Origin: Escherichia phage EJP2
Length of the DNA stretch: 64,000 nt
Sequence record: OQ411014.1
Strand: one strand, 5' to 3'
This document shows, in pieces, positions 56,635 through 64,000 of this stretch. How positions within the stretch are numbered: the first letter of the stretch is position 1; each line of letters starts with the position of its first letter. The notes below the pieces were generated by a model. That model was not told the DNA's origin. It searched no databases and worked only from the letters and a program-made list of their open reading frames with translations. The translations under genes were made by a program, and so were the position numbers.

Positions 56635-56921
56635 TGAGTAAAGTTCTAGTAAGGGGTGGCAACGCCCCTGATAATGCAGAAGTGCTGGATGATGCAGAAT
56701 TCATTCGTCTATGTTACAGTACTATCAAAGATAAGACTGTAGAGCTAGAGAACAGTACTGAAAGTTCTCAAGTCCTAGATGCATTATCAGATATTCTCGA
56801 ATTGAGTATGTCTATCATTCAAAAAGAAAACATTACTGCACAGAATTTATTTGCACACGCAATGAATCGTCGTAATGTTGAAGGTAGTTTTCTGGATAAA
56901 AAAGCAATCACTAAGGAGTAA
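56625..56921 (+). CDS. hypothetical protein (98 aa)
   Basis: ORF track; overlaps upstream stop. Confidence 0.55.
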   Translation: MGVMSKVLVRGGNAPDNAEVLDDAEFIRLCYSTIKDKTVELENSTESSQVLDALSDILELSMSIIQKENITAQNLFAHAMNRRNVEGSFLDKKAITKE

Positions 56922-56927
56922 TTTACT

Positions 56928-57371
56928 ATGAACGAACAACAACAGCGACAACAAGGTTACGATTTCTACTTCACCAACCAGTCCCTAACTGTAGAACAAC
57001 TAAAGCAACAGAGTACGTTCTTCCGTTTAGGTTATCGTGCAGCACAAGCTGATGTAGCGAAGAAAGCTAACAAAGCATTCCCAACTACCCTATATGATGT
57101 TCCACAGCGTGCAGAGCGTTTCAACGCTACATGGAACGACATTCTAGCAGCTACACGTAAACCACGTATGCGTAAGCTCCACGCTGACCATATGGCTCCA
57201 GTACTGTATACTCTAATCAAACACGTAGAGCTACAGAAAGATGAAATCTATCGCTATGCTGATGTTGTACGTCTAGTCGAAGAAGGTTTCGATAAGATTC
57301 TTCAAATCGGTGTTGATGAAGGTATCTTGACAGCACACGATTGTAAGCAGTATAATTACGTTCCTAAGTGA
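56928..57371 (+). CDS. hypothetical protein (147 aa)
   Basis: ORF track; RBS AAGGAGTAA. Confidence 0.65.
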   Translation: MNEQQQRQQGYDFYFTNQSLTVEQLKQQSTFFRLGYRAAQADVAKKANKAFPTTLYDVPQRAERFNATWNDILAATRKPRMRKLHADHMAPVLYTLIKHVELQKDEIYRYADVVRLVEEGFDKILQIGVDEGILTAHDCKQYNYVPK

Positions 57372-57378
57372 ATACCAC

Positions 57379-57403
57379 AGGCCACTTAATTGTGGCCTTT
57401 TTA
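57379..57403 (+). terminator. rho-independent terminator
   Basis: Stem AGGCCAC..GTGGCCT followed by TTTTT. Confidence 0.65.
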
Positions 57404-57420
57404 ATATAAGGAGAATCAAT

Positions 57421-58212
57421 ATGAAATTTATGATTATGTCCGACACACACGGTTCCAACGATTTCATTCCAGAGGGTGATTACAGCGATGTAGTACTGAT
57501 TATTCCTGGTGACTTCGATGAAGCTAAACGACCACGTTTCCGTACTAAGATTGAATCTCTGTGTAAGCAGTTTAAGGAAGTAGTACTGGTTCCTGGCAAT
57601 CATGAGTACTACGGTTCTAATATTCACAAAGTACATAAGATTTTGAAAGAAATGAATTTTGAGATTCCCAATTTCTCATTCCTGCAAAACGACTACATTT
57701 ACATTGGTGATGTATTGATTGTCGGTGCTACACTGTGGACTGATTACGACAGAAGTAATGCCCTAGTGAAGTTCGATGCAAAGATGAAGATGAATGATTA
57801 CAAACACATTCGTCATGGTACTGAAGCTGAACCGTGGAAGACTAAACTCACAGTAGAAGATGTAGAGTACATGCATCACATTTCGAAGAAATATATCAAG
57901 ATGCTGATTGACACAGAGCGTGAACTCGTACATAATGATATCAAGGTTGTGGTAGTAACACATCACGCACCAAGTTATCAGAGTGTTTCTCCACGTTACA
58001 AGAATGATTCACTGAATGGTTGTTACTGTTCTGATATGGATCAGTACGTAGCTGATACAAAAGCGGACTTCTGGATTCATGGACACGTACATGATAACTT
58101 CGATTATTATATCGATAAGACTCGTGTTCTGTGCAACCCAAGAGGCTATGCGTCATCTATTGGAGTTCATGAAAATAAAAACTTCAATGCAAACTATATT
58201 TTTGAGGTATAA
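57421..58212 (+). CDS. calcineurin-like metallophosphoesterase
   Basis: Motifs MIMSDTHGS, PGDFDE, GNHEYY, HHAP and GHVH typical of the metallophosphatase fold. Confidence 0.75.
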   Translation: MKFMIMSDTHGSNDFIPEGDYSDVVLIIPGDFDEAKRPRFRTKIESLCKQFKEVVLVPGNHEYYGSNIHKVHKILKEMNFEIPNFSFLQNDYIYIGDVLIVGATLWTDYDRSNALVKFDAKMKMNDYKHIRHGTEAEPWKTKLTVEDVEYMHHISKKYIKMLIDTERELVHNDIKVVVVTHHAPSYQSVSPRYKNDSLNGCYCSDMDQYVADTKADFWIHGHVHDNFDYYIDKTRVLCNPRGYASSIGVHENKNFNANYIFEV

Positions 58213-58214
58213 TA

Positions 58215-58808
58215 ATGAAGATTCGTGAGTTCACAGAACAAGAACAAGCTGCAATGCGTTTTGTGTTGCAGGATCGAGTACTGATCTGTAAAGGCATCTT
58301 TGATAAGATGGAAGAACGTCTACGTGAAGCATATGCTAACTACGTTCGTGATTTCAAATATTCATTCTGGAATCCATTCACTTTCAAACCAGTGAAAGAA
58401 TATAATTTCAGGCGAATGCTGATGGGTGATCTGTACTACAAATGGGCTAACCATCGTTATAGTATAGAGGATACTCTTATGGAGTACTTCCCGAAAGGTA
58501 CAGTACTGAATATTATGTACACTGATTCGTTTACACCGCCACATAATTTTGTACTGGATGTAGATAATCGTCTACGTAAAGTTGTGGAATGGGCTTACTG
58601 GTATGTAATTCGTTCTCCAGAAGATTTGGACTTCGGGCGTTTAGTACTGTCCTATGCGAAAGAGCCGTATGAGTTCTCACCAGAAGATGTACTGCGTTAT
58701 CGCAATCTGGAACGTTCGTACAAAGCTATCAGTAAAGAATGGGAAGAAATTCAGGGCATTTACGAGGGTTTCAAAGATGCAGTACACACTGTCGATTCAG
58801 AAAAGTAA
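58215..58808 (+). CDS. hypothetical protein (197 aa)
   Basis: ORF track; RBS GAGGTAT. Confidence 0.65.
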   Translation: MKIREFTEQEQAAMRFVLQDRVLICKGIFDKMEERLREAYANYVRDFKYSFWNPFTFKPVKEYNFRRMLMGDLYYKWANHRYSIEDTLMEYFPKGTVLNIMYTDSFTPPHNFVLDVDNRLRKVVEWAYWYVIRSPEDLDFGRLVLSYAKEPYEFSPEDVLRYRNLERSYKAISKEWEEIQGIYEGFKDAVHTVDSEK

Positions 58809-59310
58809 AGAAGTACTTTATGATTTCCAGAACTTTATGATTCTGGCTGCTAAAGTACATACTCTTGCTATTCGCCGTTTGGATGATATGTACAACAAGT
58901 ACTTGAAGAGTGGGTACAATCATTGGTTCCGTGACAAGTACACATATGAAGAGTTCTTGAATGCGATTACGTTCAATACTACAATTGAAGTATTTGAACA
59001 CACAATGCATAATTTACCATTCAAACATATCAAACCAAAGAATTGGTCGTACTTTCTAAAAACCAGAACTATCAAGAAACTCACAAAGATGAGTGATGAG
59101 TCAATCGTGGAAGGTGTTTATGTAGTGACTAATGCGTGTGCAATCATGCAATACATGACACTAATCACTGACGTTACTGGTTTCTTGCGTAGGATTGAGT
59201 TGTATTCTAATTCAATGCCATATACAATTGACGACAACGATGTTCGACTGTACAATAAAGTTGTTGCAATGAACTGCAAGATGGCTACTGTTGTGGGGAA
59301 ATATAAATGA
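58777..59310 (+). CDS. hypothetical protein (177 aa)
   Basis: Internal ATG 58777 preferred; listed ORF 58654 overlaps upstream gene by 155 nt. Confidence 0.5.
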   Translation: MQYTLSIQKSKEVLYDFQNFMILAAKVHTLAIRRLDDMYNKYLKSGYNHWFRDKYTYEEFLNAITFNTTIEVFEHTMHNLPFKHIKPKNWSYFLKTRTIKKLTKMSDESIVEGVYVVTNACAIMQYMTLITDVTGFLRRIELYSNSMPYTIDDNDVRLYNKVVAMNCKMATVVGKYK

Positions 59311-59819
59311 AACTAAAAGAACTCGACGTTGCCAGTACTCTAATTTGGATTTCAAATTTAGATAAGGTAGCTAAGGTATATAACTTAGCACTTGCTTATC
59401 ATAAAGAAATCACAGATAAAGCTGAACGTGAATTCGAAGAACATTATAGTAGTAAGTGGTTTTATCGTACCTTCACCAATGCGAATGATTATAAGAACGC
59501 ATGGTATGAAGATGATGGTAAGCACTATACTTTTGGGTGGATATTGGGTATCTTTGAATTGAGCAAGATGACAGTACTACCAGATGAGTTTCCAGAGTTA
59601 GCTAATCAATTGGCTGCTGATTGGGCTACTGGTTATCCAACTAAGTTGGAGCGTACAATCACTGCTTGGTCTAAATATGCAAAGCGACCCTTTGAAATTA
59701 CTACAGAAGATTTGACTTTGTATTTTGAATTCAAAGCGTGGCACTCTCTACTAAAAGAACTAACTACAGCTTTGGGGATTTATGATGAAGCACTCGACTT
59801 GGATGAAGATTGCATGTGA
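59307..59819 (+). CDS. hypothetical protein (170 aa)
   Basis: ORF track; ATGA overlap. Confidence 0.6.
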   Translation: MKLKELDVASTLIWISNLDKVAKVYNLALAYHKEITDKAEREFEEHYSSKWFYRTFTNANDYKNAWYEDDGKHYTFGWILGIFELSKMTVLPDEFPELANQLAADWATGYPTKLERTITAWSKYAKRPFEITTEDLTLYFEFKAWHSLLKELTTALGIYDEALDLDEDCM

Positions 59820-60258
59820 CGTAGCAGATGAGAGTAAGTGTATCTCTCATCACGTTGGTGCAGTTATAGTAAACAATGACAGGATTGTCAGTACTGGATA
59901 CAATGGCACACCACCTAAGCAGCCTAATTGCTGTGATGTGAATGCTCATCTGGTACACGACAAGACCTTACAACAATGGGTATCTGATGATGCTAAGGTA
60001 GAGCATCATCACTGGAGTCAATTACATGAGATTCATGCTGAGATGAATGCGTTATTGTATTCTTCTCCGAAGGATCGTATTGGGGCAACTCTTTACAGTA
60101 CTCTACAGCCGTGCTATACTTGCTCTTTATTGATTGCTGCTAGTGGTATCACTAAAGTGATTTATGAGAAGGGATATCCACGAACTCCACCTGAAGCTAC
60201 TTCAGTACTGGAACAGGCGGGTATTGAAATTATCAAGTTTTCTGACTTAGGGGAATAA
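59782..60258 (+). CDS. cd: dCMP deaminase (T4 Cd-like)
   Basis: Zinc-binding HAEMNA and PCYTCS motifs; N-terminus MKHSTWMKIA..ESKC recalled as matching T4 Cd; start 59782/59785/59803 uncertain. Confidence 0.85.
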   Translation: MMKHSTWMKIACDVADESKCISHHVGAVIVNNDRIVSTGYNGTPPKQPNCCDVNAHLVHDKTLQQWVSDDAKVEHHHWSQLHEIHAEMNALLYSSPKDRIGATLYSTLQPCYTCSLLIAASGITKVIYEKGYPRTPPEATSVLEQAGIEIIKFSDLGE

Positions 60259-60260
60259 GT

Positions 60261-60527
60261 ATGATTTACATTATCCTTGGTGTCATCACTATGGCTATCA
60301 CAATTCTTCTTCTTATTGTTGGTGATAAGGTTGGTGTAGTAGAAGAGCCTCCTGGATTGGTTCGGAATTATGAAGTGCGATTTGAACCATCCAATAACAA
60401 GTACTATCTTGTGAATGTACTACCTAAGAAAGAAGTACCTGTAACGAATTGGTACGGGAAGAGAATCATGTATAAGGATATGATCCTAGCGGATTATGTT
60501 CGTGAAAAAATGAATTCTGTGAAATGA
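60261..60527 (+). CDS. small membrane protein with N-terminal TM helix (88 aa)
   Basis: N-terminus MIYIILGVITMAITILLLIV; RBS GGGGAAT. Confidence 0.6.
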   Translation: MIYIILGVITMAITILLLIVGDKVGVVEEPPGLVRNYEVRFEPSNNKYYLVNVLPKKEVPVTNWYGKRIMYKDMILADYVREKMNSVK

Positions 60528-60530
60528 AAA

Positions 60531-60557
60531 AAGGAGCCATATGGCTCCTTTTCTTTT
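60531..60557 (+). terminator. rho-independent terminator
   Basis: Perfect palindrome AAGGAGCCAT/ATGGCTCCTT followed by T-rich tract. Confidence 0.65.
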
Positions 60558-60661
60558 AGAAAACAATTTAATATCTGGATAATCATTTCAGTCCTTTAAC
60601 ATAATCCCACTGCGGCGGGATATTGGTTTGACATATCAAATTATCCCTAAATGTATTAATT

Positions 60662-61081
60662 TTATTCGTCATCTTTGTTGACAAAATCCAAATCTAGTAC
60701 ACTAGGTGGTGGTACATTACAAAAATATAAATCCCACGGTTTGTAGATTGATTCACCTGAACTTAACTTAATTTTGTGCGTTTGAAATGAAGTAACAAAT
60801 GCTTGATCTATTCGCATAAAAAATGTATTCTTACCAAGCAATGTAGACAGTACTGAATCAGATGCACTTGTGTCCAAGTACTGACCATCTTTATCAGTAT
60901 ATGTCAATCTGATAAAGCTGAAAATATTACCATCAGTGTCAACTAAATCAAAGGTGTTATCAGAGCGTTGTCTGAAAATATTGATGTTGTTTTTGATTAC
61001 ACCATTAATGTTTGCAACTGGGACACAGAATCCACCAATACTAAAAGGTAGTTCACCTCTACCTGCAATCACTTTTGCCAT
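60662..61081 (-). CDS. hypothetical protein, paralog of N-terminal domain of 61920-62576 (139 aa)
   Basis: Minus-strand ORF with RBS AAGGAT; shared N-terminal pattern RG-LPF-I-G...QRS..FDL. Confidence 0.6.
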   Translation of the reverse strand: MAKVIAGRGELPFSIGGFCVPVANINGVIKNNINIFRQRSDNTFDLVDTDGNIFSFIRLTYTDKDGQYLDTSASDSVLSTLLGKNTFFMRIDQAFVTSFQTHKIKLSSGESIYKPWDLYFCNVPPPSVLDLDFVNKDDE

Positions 61082-61238
61082 ACTATATCCTTTTATAAAA
61101 AACTGGTCATAAAATGACCTACATAATATTTATGTTACTTGTTCATTTTTTGTACAGCTAATGCTAAATAAATTTATATTGACACTGATAAGCAAACATG
61201 CTAGAGTAATCATCTTACACATTCATTGTAGAGGGTAT

Positions 61239-61853
61239 ATGAAAAAAATTCCATTAGAATTGTTACAGATATTTCTTATCTGGTTGCTATGTACTGTTCC
61301 CAGTTCAGCAGAAAGTTTGTCCAGTACTATCTTTAGAGATAAAGAGAATATTGTTCATTTTGGTGCTCCAGTTTCATTCGAGGCATATAGCAAATTACTG
61401 AAAATGTATAAGATAAAACCATTTTCTGAAATTAGACTCACCAGTAATGGTGGAGAATATGATGCTGGTATGAAGATTGCTCACTTAGTTTACACCAATG
61501 ACATATCAGTCTTTGTTCCAAAGTACTGTGCAAGTGCATGTACATTTATATTTTTTGGAGCTAGGGTTGAGCACCGTGACATTGCACCAACGGCAATGTT
61601 GGGATTACATAATGTGTCGTTTGGTATGAACAACTCAACGGGTGAAGACGCGAATAACTCGTCGATAACAGTCAAGGAGGCACTTGATTTTGCACAAGAA
61701 GCAGTTGTAAGATCAGGAATGATGATTTCATTCTATTCTGCGAATGGGATACCAAGTGATGTACTACTTCAAGTATCACAAACATATGGTCAAGGTATCA
61801 TAAATGTGCAACGGGCTGACTTAGTTCGTTGGGGTGCAATACAAGCGAAATAA
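61239..61853 (+). CDS. putative secreted ClpP/S49-like peptidase-fold protein
   Basis: Signal-peptide-like N-terminus MKKIPLELLQIFLIWLLCTVPSSAES; TSNGGEYDAGMKIA and CASACTF loosely resemble ClpP motifs; ATG 61239 with RBS GAGGGT. Confidence 0.45.
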   Translation: MKKIPLELLQIFLIWLLCTVPSSAESLSSTIFRDKENIVHFGAPVSFEAYSKLLKMYKIKPFSEIRLTSNGGEYDAGMKIAHLVYTNDISVFVPKYCASACTFIFFGARVEHRDIAPTAMLGLHNVSFGMNNSTGEDANNSSITVKEALDFAQEAVVRSGMMISFYSANGIPSDVLLQVSQTYGQGIINVQRADLVRWGAIQAK

Positions 61854-61879
61854 AAAAGGAGCCTAAAGGCTCCTTTTTG
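61853..61879. terminator. bidirectional terminator between convergent genes
   Basis: Stem GGAGCC..GGCTCC flanked by A-tract and T-tract. Confidence 0.6.
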
Positions 61880-61919
61880 AATGTTTAATATCAAACCACA
61901 ATAAAAAAGTGGTTAACTT

Positions 61920-62576
61920 TTACGCCCCCAAAATAGTAACATTACATTGTGCAGTAAAATTACCATCAACACTAGTTGCTGTTATAATAGCATTCCCAGC
62001 CAACAAACCAGTGACCAGACCAGAATCAGAAACTGAAGCTACTGTTGGTTCGGAAGATTCCCACAGTACTGATTGGTTTGTAGCATCCTCTGGTGTGAAA
62101 ATTGGCGTGAGTTGGTCAGTTTCACCTGTCTGAATAGAAGATGTTACTTTATTCAATGCAAGACCAGTAACATACACTGAACGATCACGTTGACTTGCAT
62201 AAGAATTAAGATAAAATGATGAACCATCGCCTAGGATGATTTTATTTAAGAATAGTTTTATTGCAAAACCGACCAGTTCATCTTTTTCTGGATCATATAC
62301 CTTAATACAAAATTTACCAGGGTCAAGTTTAGCAGCAAGTTCTTCATCGGTATCACTTAGCAATAACGGTTGTTTGTTCTTATCCAAAGCTGTTATTTGA
62401 AGAAATTCATATAGTGAATCACCAGTTTTGGATTGCAAGTCAAACATGATAGTACTTCTCTGTTTTGATATATTAATAGTAGTTAGTTCTGTACCATCTT
62501 TCAATACGGCAGCGTTGACATTTATACCCGAAATATCGAACGGAAATTGGTCGCGGCGAGCAATTGGTTTACCCAT
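61920..62576 (-). CDS. hypothetical protein with C-terminal bacterial Ig-like (Big_2-like) domain (218 aa)
   Basis: Strong RBS AAGGAGG; C-terminal TGLALN...VLWESSEP..ATSVDGNF pattern typical of Ig-like group 2 domains. Confidence 0.65.
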   Translation of the reverse strand: MGKPIARRDQFPFDISGINVNAAVLKDGTELTTINISKQRSTIMFDLQSKTGDSLYEFLQITALDKNKQPLLLSDTDEELAAKLDPGKFCIKVYDPEKDELVGFAIKLFLNKIILGDGSSFYLNSYASQRDRSVYVTGLALNKVTSSIQTGETDQLTPIFTPEDATNQSVLWESSEPTVASVSDSGLVTGLLAGNAIITATSVDGNFTAQCNVTILGA

Positions 62577-62633
62577 TGTAACCTCCTTATAGTTTACAAT
62601 TTTAAATATTTATCCATAATGTGCTAAAAAAAC

Positions 62634-62663
62634 TTGCACATTCCAAGATAATACTGATATAAT
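62634..62663 (+). promoter_or_regulatory. sigma70-like promoter
   Basis: -35 TTGCAC 62634-62639, 18 nt, -10 TATAAT 62658-62663. Confidence 0.45.
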
Positions 62664-62716
62664 AGACTCATCCAACGCGAAGTTGGTGTAAACAAACTAC
62701 TAAGAGGACTTAGACA

Positions 62717-63790
62717 ATGAAAAACGAAAACGTATATGTATACATCGGACGCTTCCAGCCAGCACATAAAGGCCACGAAGCAGTACTTGAAAATGCAATC
62801 AAAAAAGCTGACCGTGTTGTTATTCTAGTGGGTAGTGCTGAACAAGCTCGTTCCCCTAAGAACCCGTTCACCTTTGAAGAACGCCAAAAAGTACTGGACG
62901 GTATCACAACTCGTCTTGCACAAGATGAATGGGCGAAAGGTCGCCGTGTGATGATCGACATCCTACCTGTACATGACTTCGTATACAACAACCAGAAATG
63001 GCTCATGGAAGTTCAAGAACAAGTTCGTTCCTGCACTAAAAGTGAAAACATTACTCTAACTGGTTGTCGTAAACATGGCGATGATAGTACTTTCTATCTT
63101 GAGTTCTTCCCTCAGTGGAATCAAGATTTCATTACAGAAACTACACAAGAAGATGTTGGTATCAATGCCACTCAACTACGTAACCAATTCTTCAGTACTA
63201 AACAAGTACCTGAACAAAATGTACTTACTCCTGAAACTGTAGAGTTCCTTGAGAAGTTCAGCGTAGAAAAGAAAGATGTACTAGATTACCTAGTGAAAGA
63301 ACATGCTTTTACTACAAAATATAAAGCAGACATGAAGAAACAACTACCATTTGACACAATCCCATTCCTGACTGGTGATAGTCTGATTGTCTGTGCAGGT
63401 CATGTTCTTGTAGGTATTCGTCGCTCTGAACCAGGCAAAGGTCAGTACTGTCTACCTGGTGGGTTCTTCGATGCATGGAAAGATAAAGATCAAGTTGATA
63501 CTGCTTTACGTGAACTCAAAGAAGAAACCAAAATTGATGTACCAATGAATAAACTACGCGGTTCTATTGAACGTGTAGAAGAGTTTGGTGACTTTGACCG
63601 TGACCCACGCTGGCGTGTAATCACTAAGTGCATCTACATCAAACTTGACGGTACTAAACTACCTAAAGTAAAAGGCTCAGATGATCTCAAAGGTTGCTTC
63701 TGGATGCCTATGACTGAAATTGCTAAAAATCGTGCTAACTTCTTTGTTGATCACGTTTCCATCATTGACACGTTCTTAGGAATCCTGTAA
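62717..63790 (+). CDS. natV: bifunctional NMN adenylyltransferase / Nudix hydrolase (NadM-Nudix type)
   Basis: N-terminal HxGH motif in IGRFQPAHKGHEAV; C-terminal Nudix-box-like GGFFDAW..ALRELKEETKI; 357 aa; symbol by analogy with vibriophage KVP40 NatV. Confidence 0.8.
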   Translation: MKNENVYVYIGRFQPAHKGHEAVLENAIKKADRVVILVGSAEQARSPKNPFTFEERQKVLDGITTRLAQDEWAKGRRVMIDILPVHDFVYNNQKWLMEVQEQVRSCTKSENITLTGCRKHGDDSTFYLEFFPQWNQDFITETTQEDVGINATQLRNQFFSTKQVPEQNVLTPETVEFLEKFSVEKKDVLDYLVKEHAFTTKYKADMKKQLPFDTIPFLTGDSLIVCAGHVLVGIRRSEPGKGQYCLPGGFFDAWKDKDQVDTALRELKEETKIDVPMNKLRGSIERVEEFGDFDRDPRWRVITKCIYIKLDGTKLPKVKGSDDLKGCFWMPMTEIAKNRANFFVDHVSIIDTFLGIL

Positions 63791-63791
63791 T

Positions 63792-64000
63792 ATGAATGTA
63801 ATTTCTCTGACTCCAGGTTTGAAAGCAGACTTGGATGCAGTAAAGGAAAGTAAGTACAATAAGATAACTAGCTGTACTGAACTAATCTTGAGTACTGATG
63901 GTTATTCTGAATGTAATCAATTGTTCGTTGATGCACTTCAACACATTGATAAAAAACTGTATCTAACCGATTTTCTTTATCTTATTCAGAGAACGTGGAT
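63792..64000 (+). CDS. hypothetical protein, 3'-truncated by window end
   Basis: ATG 63792 immediately after upstream stop; open to end of window. Confidence 0.45.
   Translation, partial: MNVISLTPGLKADLDAVKESKYNKITSCTELILSTDGYSECNQLFVDALQHIDKKLYLTDFLYLIQRTW

Noticed and set aside
1-64000. CRISPR arrays, tRNA genes, integrase or transposase genes, prophage boundaries
   Set aside because: No regularly spaced direct repeats with unique spacers; no tRNA-like cloverleaf signatures found in intergenic regions by eye; no recombinase-like ORF. A proper tRNA and repeat scan would be needed to exclude them.
1-64000. AGTACT as a restriction-avoidance signature
   Set aside because: The motif is enriched, not depleted, so avoidance of a ScaI-type host restriction enzyme cannot explain it.

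Overview
The window reads as a densely packed, almost entirely plus-strand early/accessory region of a large T4-like lytic phage genome (AT-rich; no structural, integrase or transposase genes seen). All calls are from reading the sequence and the ORF track; no database search was run.

Three blocks:
(1) 1-9.3 kb: about 20 small ORFs, most behind their own sigma70-like promoter followed by a G/C leader hairpin and a Shine-Dalgarno site; two paralogous non-coding elements that may be small RNAs.
(2) 9.3-47.7 kb: a very large tandem array of about 45-50 translationally coupled paralogous ORFs (110-400 aa) sharing an acidic-aromatic motif, roughly [S/T]-E-E-x-[F/Y]-F-Q-x-S-[L/T]-[L/V]-[Y/H]-D. It is interrupted by a Dam-family N6-adenine methyltransferase plus an HxGH nucleotidyltransferase, and by a 740-bp non-coding gap.
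(3) 47.7-64 kb: nucleic-acid repair and nucleotide/NAD metabolism genes: RNA ligase 1, polynucleotide kinase/phosphatase, ATP-dependent DNA ligase, ClpP-like protease, metallophosphoesterase, dCMP deaminase, and a bifunctional NMN adenylyltransferase/Nudix enzyme.

The two signals most worth follow-up are the paralog array and a strong over-representation of the palindrome AGTACT (often CAGTACTG) in coding regions (all three frames), promoters and terminator stems. ORF starts were adjusted where the listed ORF began at GTG/TTG or inside an upstream promoter or gene; start codons remain the least certain part of every CDS call.
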